From: Gordius albopunctatus
Taxonomy: Eukaryota
NCBI GenBank assembly: GCA_964276515.1
Contig: OZ193910.1
Span: 8,928,001-8,992,000, forward strand
Direction of reading: 5' to 3'
DNA: 64,000 bases
Shown here: one piece after another, positions 53,101 through 64,000 of the stretch
Numbering within the stretch: the stretch's first letter is position 1
How the letters are laid out: the number at the start of each line of letters is the position of its first letter
The notes under the pieces: generated by a model
The model's input: the letters and a program-made list of their open reading frames with translations, nothing else
Database searches by the model: none
What the model was told of the DNA's origin: nothing
Made by a program: the position numbers and the translations under genes

Positions 53101-55709
53101 ACAACCTAAACAAGTTGCTAAAATAAATTTATATGTAATGGTAATCAGTCGGGCACAAAAACAAAAATGGAATTCGGGCGAGGTCGAAAAAATTAAAGGC
53201 AACCAGCCATCATTAGGTAGTCTATATCAGAGGTCAGATTTGTTTGGAATTTTATGCCCGAACCCGGCCCGATTCAATTTATCAACCTCATTGCCTGCCC
53301 GAACCTTCTAGATGTCCGCCCGGGCCAGCCCGAAACATTAGAGCTGCCCGAAATATTCAATTTGCTTGTTAGGCCCGAAATTTTGCGATCTAAATTCTTT
53401 CAACCACTATTAAAAAATAAGCGTTTAATTATTGGCATATTGAATAAAACAAATATAGCAATATTTTATTATCCCGGACAAAATATAATTTCCTATATTA
53501 CTTAAAAGTCGAATGATTTTTCCAAATGATATTTTTACCTTTAGTATTAATCCTAATAGGTCAAAAAGTGTAGTATTTGGTACTTGTAAAATATTTGGCC
53601 AGAGTTTCTTTAGAATATTGTTATCACTGTCAAAACGCTCTAGGTCACAATATTTTAATATAGTAATTGCTAATGCTTTTAGGTACAAACATGTTAGGAC
53701 GTTTACAAATCATAACAGTAAAATATTAATTAAATGCTGGCCATGTCCATAAAAATATTTATGCAGCAATTATAATTAAATTTAAAGTGTACATATTTTA
53801 TAAATAATCCTACAATGAACAAAATTATACTCCACGTAGTTAGGGATAAGGACTTGATGGAAATAGAGTGGTTCGGGCAAAGATTATACAAATACCCAAA
53901 AATAAAAATTTAGGACAGTTGCCCAGCTCGATCCGGCCCATGTGCCTGGCCGGTCAATCTGGTCTACATATAATATCTTAGTAAAATAAAAGTCTTTTAC
54001 AGAAGTATAAGTTTCCACGCCAATTATTAAATTACAAGTTCCAAAAATGAGCCCATAAATAGCATAGTTGATACCATTAGAATTATAATTTTTATTATAT
54101 GTGGCGCGTTAACAAATGGTTAATATTAAAAATCAGCCTATAACATTATATACCGTTTAGTGGTTAGCCTAGAAGAAAATGTCAGAAAAAATCAGTTCTT
54201 ATAACAAATTTATACGAGTTATTTTATTACGAATATCCTTCAACAATTTTTATTTGTCACGTTGATTATGACAAAATTTTATATATCATAGTTAATCATA
54301 TAGTGTGTTTAACTGAATATTGCCCTAATGTTACTATAAAGTAAAATGGTATTGAAATCTTTGTTTATTTATTCCTTACTCTAAAGAATAGTTCTTGAAA
54401 AACAAGAAATTAATATTTTATAATATTATTAGGTTATGCTTGGAAATAATCAAAAAACGGAAAAAGATTGAGAAATGGGAAAAAAAGAAAAGAGAAAAAT
54501 TATTAGGTAATTTACCCTTAGCATTTTAAATAAATTTTTTAGCTTATACACAAGAAGATAAATTAAAATGCATAGACGTTCAAATTAAAAAGGCTCTTAA
54601 AACTGGTTCTCCAGATTTAGACAAGGCTTATCGCCTACTTAACCAAATCGACTTAAATATGTTTAAAGGAAATTTACATCAGGGATCTGATATTATTCAA
54701 ACAATAAAAAAAGTTTGTACTTTTAATCTTTACCTTACACCAATTTAGATAAGGTTGTTTAAAAATGACGATAAAATTCGTAAAAAAGCGGACGAAATTT
54801 ATGTCATGTTGAAAAAACATTTCAAAGTGATTAACCCATCCACCTCATCGCCTAATTTTCAAGTAATTTATGGAAGTTAATTTTATCACGTTTAGGATAA
54901 TAATGAAAAGCGCGATAGATGTAAATTGTCAGAGGCGGTTCTGATTCAAGGAAGTTACATACAACCAACCAACACTGCTTCAAACAAGTCATATAATGAC
55001 TTGAATCACATTAAGACATCAGTAAATGTTCTACTACCGCCTAAACAAGTATTATCAATTATTATTATAGAATGTTTTGTATTTTATTTATTAGGAAGTT
55101 GTGTATACTACCTCGAATGTTGCCTCAACTCAAAATGTATCAATACAAAGCCACCCTTCAAAAACTTCCCCCACAAATACTTATTCATTTCCTCGCCAAC
55201 CTGAAAATTTGTATGAAACACCGCCAATTACATTTACACAAAGCTACGACGGTAACGTTAATAGTCAAATTGGAACACTGGTCCCTCTATCGAACCAACG
55301 TATGTCTCCATCAAAAATTCACCAATTACATGTCCCTTATTCGACCACAGCGCCAGAAATAGCTGTTTCATTAGTTAATACCTTGCAATATACAACTTGC
55401 GATGCGTCAACAACCTTTAATGTTGATGCTTCGACGACTTTAAGTCACATCTATGAACATCCAACTGGGGCCCATGCGGAAGCGACTCATACCACCCTTT
55501 CTAAGATAACCCCTAAGGAGGACTGTTTATCTAATCAACGAACTATTTTGGAAGATGCTCAGCTTTCGGATAAATTTCAACTTATAATAATATTACAAGC
55601 TAAGAAAAAAAGGAATGTATACTTACCAAATTTTCCACCATACCCATCACAAATGACATCCACTTATCATAACTGGGAAACGTTTAAAGTAAATAATTTA
55701 ACATTTTAA
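47161..55709 (+). CDS. PWWP + IBD chromatin reader, HDGFL2/LEDGF(PSIP1)/JASPer family, about 16 exons
   Basis: [49 protein letters not shown]. Also an [13 protein letters not shown] motif. IBD-like block [22 protein letters not shown]...[32 protein letters not shown] at about 54543-54825. Exons at about 48218-48279, 48320-48353, 50597-50952 and 50994-51079 link the two halves in phase. Confidence 0.85.
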
Positions 55710-55887
55710 ATTTTATGCTTGCTCGTTTTTATTTAAATTTTGTGTGTTGCATTAGAATGAGCCAGTGAATATGCTGAATAGTGAATATCAAGAATTATGG
55801 AATTTATTAAATTTATGAAACGCAAATTGTATATCCATATAAATCGTGTACAAACTATTACATTTATTGTATGAAATAAAACGTCGT

Positions 55888-58596
55888 TTAAATTTTCGCT
55901 CCAACCATTTTCATGAGACTTTCGGTTGTCATTGATTTCGGGCGCTCCAATGGAAAACCCAAAGCTCTGTCCCATGTTAAGGAAGCTAAAACACCTAAAG
56001 CCCTCGATACGCCAAACAGAACGGTGTAGTAATTCATTTCCTTTAATCCGTAATGCTAAAACCATGTAATGTAAGGTATAACTAATGATAAACCTACGTG
56101 GAGCAAGATGCCACTGTGAGCGTCCACATTAGGCCATGGATTTTTGGCTTTGCCGTGTTTGAGCAAGATTTTTGGTGCTATTTCATAGAGCTAAAGTGAA
56201 GAAAATTGTGTTAAAAACGTTAAGGCTTTAAATTTTTATCTCCGATTTTATAACCTACTTGAGATACTAGGTTGAATAGTGGATCGTCAGGTAGATGCTT
56301 TAGAGCGAAATCTCTCTGGCATAAATATCTAGGATCAGTGGCTCTTAACACGGCATGTCCATAACCGGGAACGACCTGACCACTTTCTAACGTTTTCCAT
56401 ATAAAAGCTTCCAAATTTTCTTTGGTAAACTTATTTCCCAATTCTTGTTTTAGTTTGGTGATCCAAGATAATACTTCCTAATATAAAAATGCAGCATGCA
56501 TATATAGATAGAAATCAGCAAAATAAACTTGATTAGCAAGTCCATGCAAGGGTCCGGCTAAGCCATTCATTGAGGCAGCAAATGATAAGTAAGGATCAGA
56601 CAGCGCAGAACCAACTAAATGGCATGTGTGGGCGCTAACATTTCCACCCTCGTGATCCCTATCACAAATTTAAAAATCTATACTTCCATTTACAATGTGT
56701 TAACATATATAATAATAAATCTGCTTACGCATGAATGCAAAGGTATAGCCTTAAAAGTTCAGTGAAATTTGGATTTTCAAAACCAAGCATTGAGGTAAAA
56801 TTGTGACTCCAATCCTTATCAGGATTGATAGCACCAGGTGTTGTACCTTCTTTGTATAGATTTCTATATATAATTGCAGCTAGGGTAGGAAGTTTCGCAA
56901 TCAAATTCATGGAATCCTCATAAACATACTATTTTAATTAAAAAATTACATAAAATCTATATACCTCCCAATATTTAGATTTTTTGACCCCTTCCTGATA
57001 TGCTGTAACAAATTTGCTCTCTGTGTTAAGGGCAGTAATGGCAGCAGAAAATTGTGTCATTGGATGCATATTTGATGGAAAATTGTTGAGCATGGTTACT
57101 ATGTGAGAGGGAATTTCAGCTCGTGAGGCCCATTCTTTGGATACCCATTGGACCTAAAAAAACAAAAACGTGACATTCTTAGAAAATTACAGTTCATAAA
57201 TTGTGTAATTGCTTAGCTAAGTCTAGTCCTCAAATTAGGGCATGGTTTCAGATAAATTACATTTTATTATCCACACAAATTTATACTTTAAATGAGTTCA
57301 AAAGCTTAACATTGATTAAAAACAAAAATTGCTGTAAATTAAACTTACTGCATTGTAAAATTCCTATCTTTAGTTTTATACATAGACTAGTAGATAGACT
57401 GCTCATCAACGCACAAAATGTGTATCCTTTTTTCCACCATTTTAAAAGGCACATTGTAAAGTGGTGATCATATAGAAAATCTTAATTTTCACAAATTAAA
57501 TAATCTTAAAAAGGTAAATAAAAAATATTTAATTGGGTAGGTATCAAAAACAGAATTTTAAAATAAATATCATTTAAGAAATATATAAAAATGTGATTAA
57601 AGTTTGTTTAATAATATAGCGCCATCAATATTAATTGCTATTTTGCATATTAATTGAGGTTTGTTTTAATTTATAAACTAGTGAGGAAGGTAAATTGACT
57701 GTTGTAGGGCAAAATTACATGGTTAAAATACACCTGTTGCCCTCTTCAAAATGGAGGAAAATTTGACACACAATTAACCATATGCAACATATGGCATGAG
57801 CAGTCTATCTAGTCTATGGTTTTATATCAACATAATTTTGCTCAAAAGATTATTGTATTAACCAGATTATACTTTTTAATAAAGGGATTAAATTTTTAAT
57901 TGAAAAAAAAATGCATGTTATAAGCATCCCTGGCTTTATTTTTGTATAATTTACAAATAAATTTGTTTAATCTGTATAGCCAAATAATTAAGGCTAGAGA
58001 AATTCAGAAAATGCAATTAAAAAGATTAACTTATATAAGCTCACTTGATTTTTGGTTGGGATTTCACCTGTTAAGAGTAACCAAAAAAGGCCTTCTGGTA
58101 ATGGTTCTTCACCTTTTTCAGCTTTTGGTAGTTTTTTTCTGAGCTCAGTTATGGTGTAATTTCTAAACTTTATTCCAGATTCAGGATCTAATTGGGACGT
58201 TTCTGTAACTAGCCCTTTAATGCCTCTCATACCACCATATATCTACATAAAAATATGTATTATTTTATTTTACACACTAAAATTAAATATATTCATGAAA
58301 ATTCTTTTTGTAAGACCAACTTTACCATGTCAATTGTAACATCTCCAACTTTGCTACTACCATATTTACTTTTAAAATCACTGACAATTTTATGATGCTC
58401 AGAAATTTTCACTGCTAATATATCTTTCAGTGACTAAAAAATATAAATTTTAGTAATTTGTAATACTTCATATTTTGTTTGTGGCAATTGAACATACTGC
58501 CGACACAAAAAAGGTGTAAAGGCCTATTAAATATTATTATAAATGTAACAAAGCTCAAACCTGAGTGGAAAGTTTGTGAGAAAGTTTGTGAAACAT
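55888..58596 (-). CDS. CS: Citrate synthase, mitochondrial
   Basis: Presequence-like [12 protein letters not shown]. Motifs [67 protein letters not shown] and ERPKS. Ends MVGAKI*. Confidence 0.96.
57381..57818. mobile_element. 438-bp CATAGACTAG MITE in a citrate synthase intron
   Basis: TIR CATAGACTAG..ATAGACTGCTCAT / ATGAGCAGTCTATCTAGTCTATG with a perfect TSD GTTTTATA. Confidence 0.9.
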
Positions 58597-58667
58597 TGAA
58601 CCGTACTAGAAAATGAAATTTATCACACCACTATAATTAGAACGAGGAAAACTGGTTGAGGAGAAAG

Positions 58668-59811
58668 TTCGGTAGGGTGCAAAACATGTTGCATTATTTT
58701 ATCGATTTTTTGCTTCTGATGAATTATATAATATTCATTAAGTAGAACTCTTTCCCCTCTACAAAACTGTGCCAATCGTGATTTTAAGAAATTTAGTTTT
58801 TTATAACTTTCGCGACGTTAAAATGGAGTATCCAAACGGTAAAAATCAACATTTTCGACACATGCTATTCTTCGCTTTTCATTGTGGTCAAAACGCTGCT
58901 GAAACAGCCCGAGAGATTTGTAAAGTATACGGAGAAGGTGTCATAGTTGAGTCTACAGCACAAAAATGGTTCGCAAAGTTCAAAAATGGCGATTTTGACA
59001 TCGCTGACAAGCCCCGTAGCGGAAGACCCTCGGAATTCGACGAAGAGTGTCTCAGAGCACTTTTGAAGGAGGACGGTTGCCAAAAAAGTCGTGAATTGGC
59101 GGAAATAATGAAGTTCTATCAGAAAACCATCCTAAATCATCTTTATTCAATGGGATTTTCCGAAAAATTGGGATCTTGGATCCCTCACGAGCTAAAAAAA
59201 GCCACAAAGAAAATCGCCTTCAAATTGATTCTCAACATCTCGCCCGTCATTGAGCAACCCGCGGTCATAAACAGCGTCACGGGAGATGAGAAATGGTGTT
59301 TGTACGTAAATTTGAAGCAAAGAAAGGAGTGGGTGGATCCTGGAGCGATTCCAAAGCCGAGGTTCAAGCCTGATCTCCATCCAAAAAAGACCATGATCTG
59401 CGTTTGGTGGGACTGGGAGGGCATTCTGCATTGGGAAATTCTGGAAACGAATGCCATGGTGAACAAGGAGCTCTATATATCCCAGCTACACCGGGTGAAT
59501 GAGGCTATTCGACTCAAAAGACCCCATCGACAAGGCCAGACCATACTCCTTCACGACAACGCAAGGCCCCATGTTGCTCAAGTGGTAAAAGCCGCACTCC
59601 AAGAGCTCGAATGGGAGGTCCTTCAGCATCCACCATATTCTCCGGACCTTGCACCGATGGATTACCATCTTTTCCGCTCTCTCTCAAACCATATGAGGGG
59701 CGTTACCTTGGACGATTTAGAGGGCCTTAAAAACTGGCTCAGCAACTTCTTCGATACCAGACGGGTCGAATTTTGGCGTAATGGCATCGTAAAATTGATC
59801 AAAAAATGGGT
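58668..59811 (+). mobile_element. mariner (DD34D) element, 3'-truncated, defective
   Basis: Left TIR-like TTCGGTAGGGTGCAAAACATGTTGC. Transposase from 58823 with RSGRP, WIPHEL, TGDEKW, HDNARPH and YSPDLAPMDY. Compensating frameshifts near 59195-59280; no right TIR. Confidence 0.93.
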
Positions 59812-62261
59812 ATTTGGGTATTTGTTACTTATTTGTATAGCTTATATAATATATAATTATTTAGACCTATAATATGTTTATTCACAACAAGTTCATCATC
59901 CAACACAAAAAAGAGCAAGCTGCTCAAAAATTTCACAGTATTCAAGGATGAATCAAATAAAATGGAGAAGTGTAAATTGTGCTTTAAAGAAAATTTTATA
60001 TTTAAAGTTATATATGTGCAATTAATGTAAGATCTCAAAACTGTTATGTTCTTCCAACAAAAATGCCTATTTTATTGTATTTACAATGTTAAGATAATTA
60101 CTTGTTATTAATAATAATATCTTCAAAAGCTTACTCTTGCATTTTTGCCATTATTTTAACGTTATTATATAAGATCTCAATAAATTCATTATGCTTGAAT
60201 ATGATGATATTATTAAATTTTATCCTTTTATTGAGCCTTAGCCAGGAAATGAAAGTTATTGTTTAGCAACTTTATACCTTCGAGGCGAGTAGTATATATA
60301 ACACCTCCAATAATGCTTCCTGCCTCAAGATACCTATCTAGCTTGTGTTTTGGGGTTCCATTATGACCAATCTATATCTTATATAATAATTTATAACAGA
60401 CAGAAAAAAATATATGGTATAATTATTTTTAAAAGTCGAGACGATACGAGAATTCTCGTCGAGACGAGATTTTTCTAGGCCGAGACGAGACGAGATTTTA
60501 ATAATTGCACCCGAGACGAGATTTTGCTTTCGAGACCGATACGAGATCGCAACACTACTCATTTAAAGAGCGGGTAAGATAGGATTATTCCAGGATTATT
60601 CCCACAAGCCATAAATGAGGTATTTATAAATACATCCCGTTCGCCATGAATAACTTAATCCTTCAAATGAGAAGACCACAGGATTTTATTGAATGCGACA
60701 CATTGTTGGTTGTATATAATAATACGCGAGGTTAATTTTGTGTGATTAGTATAATATTTTTGATATATTTTATTATTGCTATAATAATATGGTTTAATAT
60801 TGTAAGCCAGTCGAGTTTATCAGATAAATTTTTGTCTACATATATCCCTACCCCCGGCCCTAAATTTTTTTGAAAAAGGGAAGGTGTCGTATCCGTAGAT
60901 ACTCATCCCCCCCCCCATGTCCCCTAACACAAAACAAATAGTACTGAACCCTACCACTTCAAAGGCGGTACTTTTCCTTTACATTTGGTTTTATTTACGC
61001 GTGTTATTCCCCCCCCCCCTACGCGCTTATACGTGTGTTATTTCTATCAATACGCATCATTGATTTCTATACACAACGTACCGTATCGAAAGTTTTTTGA
61101 TTAATAATTATTATAATTTTGTCTTAGTTAATATAATAAAAATGTAGCTCCTGATTCTCCCTTCCAACTACTCCCTTTGGGGAGGACAACGCATCCTGTA
61201 AAGCTGTAAATTCATCTTTATTTAAAGGCCTTATGCTCGTCCCAATATCTTTCCTCAATTCTTCCAATTTATTCCTGATGATTCCCCTTTCTTCAAACTT
61301 TTATATTTTAAATCGTATTCCCTTTACGAATACCATACTGTTGTTTTGCAAAATTGTAAAAATTTTAGAAATTTTAATAGATTAGAATATATATCTGCCA
61401 ACCCTACCAGAAACTGAAAGGTTATGTAAATGGCAAAACAAATGCATAATGTGATTGCTTGAGAATTTCAGGGGTGTGCCATAATGAGTTGAAGCGTAAA
61501 TCTGGACATCAGAAGTTGTTTCAAAAAATGATATTTTATTGAAGTAGTTTATTGAAGTACTGAAATATGTATAATGGAAATTTGAAGTATTCAATATATG
61601 TATATCGTGAAATATAATATTAAAATATATAAGATATATATGAAATATAAATAAGGTAAATGATAATGCTTAAATGTGAGAAGGATAATGTTTGAAATTG
61701 AATGAATATGTATGATGTGATGATGTGTGAATTTGTATGTGATGACGTGTAATGTGTTCTAAAAACAATATGATGTCATGAATGCATGTCTCCTTTCTTT
61801 GTTTATGTTATGTTTTAACAGAAGTAATTATTATCTTTTCAAACAGTGAGAGTTGCTCTCAAAAAAGAAATAGCTGGGGTGCTCAAAACTTTAGACATTT
61901 TACCAAAATTCATATGATTACTTAATTAATTATACAAAATGTCATAAGACAGAATGGGGAAATTGTTGCAAAATTTGAAGATGATTTAGTGTTACTAACT
62001 ACTTTATCAGAACTCATTTATGTTCATATTATATTAATACTCAGGATAATATATTATAAATATATTAAATAATTATTTAAAAGCCCCAAGGGCCGCTCAA
62101 TTTTAAGCGAATATATATTTAATATTAATTAAACTTTTATGTTTCAAAATATCCAATATTTAACTAATCCCAGTTATATTTATTTACATTTAACATTTTA
62201 TATGTGAATCATCCAAAATAGAAATTTAAAGTAAATTTACAATATATATGATTTTAAGCCG

Positions 62262-62760
62262 AGATCTCGAATATAAAATCTCTTCTTGTCTCGAGGACAA
62301 AATTCTTGTATCGATCTCGACTCAATTTTTTAAATCGGTTTTTCCCATCACTAATCATACACTGTTAGCCATGGGCATAGCCAGGGGGTGGGAGGGAGCA
62401 GCGACTGCCCCCCCCCCCCTTCAATTTATAAATCCGTTAAAAATGCATAAAATTATCGCTAAAATTTCAAAAAATTATCATTTTGCCCTGCCCTATAGAT
62501 CTCGAATATAAAATCTCGTCTTGTCTCGAGGTCAAAATTCTTGTCTCGATCTCGACTCAATTTTTAGAATTATGGCGAGAGTGAGATTTTTCTGGGGTTT
62601 TCCGCATCATCAATCATAGACTGTTATCCAAGGGCATAGCCAGGGGGTGGCAGGGAGCAGTGGGTTCCCCCTATCAATCCATAAATCCTTTTAAATTGAT
62701 AAAATTATGGCTAAAATTGCAAAATTTATTATTTTGCCCTGTCTTAAATCATCATTGCTC
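62262..62760. repeat. Tandem duplication of composite MITE fragments (unit about 235-260 bp)
   Basis: The blocks AGATCTCGAATATAAAATCTC...TCTCGACTCAATTTTT and GGGCATAGCCAGGGGGTGG each occur twice. Confidence 0.75.
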
Positions 62761-63599
62761 CCCTCTGTTGTTCGCTAGTGCCTTCAAAAACATTCCAATC
62801 AGAGGTCAAACATGTTTAGAGTTTTCTGCCAGAACCCGGCCCGACTCAATTTTTTAACTTTCTCGCCAGCCCCCCCCCCCCCGAGCACTTCTAAGTGTCC
62901 GCCCGAGCCCGCCCGAATCATTGAAGCTGCCCGAATCGCCCGGGCTCAAATATAAAATTTGACCGTTTGACCCGTATGATATCCATAACATAGGTCAGAT
63001 TTGTTTAAATTTCTCTGCCCGAACCCGGCCCGGTCCATATTTTAGCTAAATTGCCCATATGAACCTATCTAAGTGTCCGCTCGGCCATGCCCGAACCATC
63101 AGAGCTGCCCGAACTGCTCGGCCTGCGTCACAAAGTTTTAATAGATTAATATTCTTCATAGATTTATTATCGGGAATGTTAGAGGGTGTTAAAAAAAATT
63201 AATAATTATTATAATATTTCGTCCTTATAAAGGACATCGTCAGAAATTGATTTGAGGAATTTGATAGCAAAGTTTAAAACATAATCTAACAATTTCATAT
63301 AGTAATAATATGTATTTTAAATCTTAGGCTCATTTGTTTTCAAATACTATTATCAAAGCTTAAAAAACTTGCCAGTTAAAATTGATTTTAATTTTAAAAT
63401 TCATTCGGTTCAATTAGATAAAGGTGCATTATAAATTTTCAAATATTTACATTTTCTTCTTATAATCCAAGATAAATTATATTTTCATCATTAGCAAATA
63501 CTAGTTTTTTTAGAATAGGCTCACCAGTTTATATTCATAGATTTTTGGTTGTTTTAGGTCATGACTTTTATAAGAGAGAAAATACTATTATGCATACAT

Positions 63600-64000
63600 C
63601 AATTTATTAAAGAATTATATTTGTGACGCGTTCGCGTGCGCATGGAATTATTCGCGACATTGATGAAAAGGTATTAGTAATTAATATTTTTAAAAGCTAG
63701 ACGGCTATTTGCAGCTTCGCGTAGATGAGAGATCTGCAGGATTATTAACAATTAACACTGATAAAGATTTATTTGCTTTTAAGAGCTTGCTTTTTTGGGA
63801 TGAGTGTATCCGCTCCTATTTTTGAGAGGGCAACGGCATCTATATTTGATATTCTAGATGTTGTATTATGTTACGCCGAGGTATTTAGCTTGATCAGAAG
63901 GTGTAATGATAGCATTATCGCTAATGATACTCGCAATCGGTTGCTGGTTAAGGGCAATTAGTGTCGATTTTTTGGCATTGATGATTAAGCCTCCTTGGGC
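63600..64000 (-). pseudogene. Non-LTR reverse transcriptase remnant, running off the window edge
   Basis: The minus strand gives AQGGLIINAKKSTLI...DQAKYLGVT*, matching the GL.IN..KS and KYLG motifs of RT domains 6-7. Confidence 0.65.

Noticed and set aside
55733..56065. 110-aa minus-strand ORF as a separate gene
   Set aside because: It is an alternative frame of the last citrate synthase exon plus UTR. Most other short ORFs in the track are likewise antisense shadows or MITE sequence.
58769..59872. Active 367-aa mariner transposase or SETMAR-like domesticated gene
   Set aside because: It has an internal compensated frameshift, a truncated C-terminus, no right TIR and no SET domain.

Overview
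AT-rich eukaryotic (probably animal) genomic DNA with very short GT-AG introns, mostly about 30-50 nt, and a heavy load of decayed transposons. Four host genes can be spliced by hand into open frames. They are the Pol I/III subunit RPAC1 (POLR1C, +, 5368-11227), the DNA polymerase epsilon catalytic subunit (POLE, -, 38349-20956), a PWWP + integrase-binding-domain chromatin reader of the HDGFL2/LEDGF/JASPer family (+, 47161-55709, diagnostic domains absent from the ORF track) and mitochondrial citrate synthase (-, 58596-55888). The rest is dead RTE retrotransposons, Harbinger, hAT, MULE, THAP and mariner remnants, many 8-bp-TSD MITEs (three nested in one POLR1C intron), an orphan FN3 exon and a serpin fragment. 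The most notable hidden signals are a complete minimal type I hammerhead ribozyme (44942-44984, -), a tandem array of four duplicated 72-nt-exon + 46-nt-intron units beside a MULE transposase, and a mariner about 70 bp upstream of the citrate synthase ATG. I could not support a clearly new biological system. All assignments come from manual reading, with no database searches.
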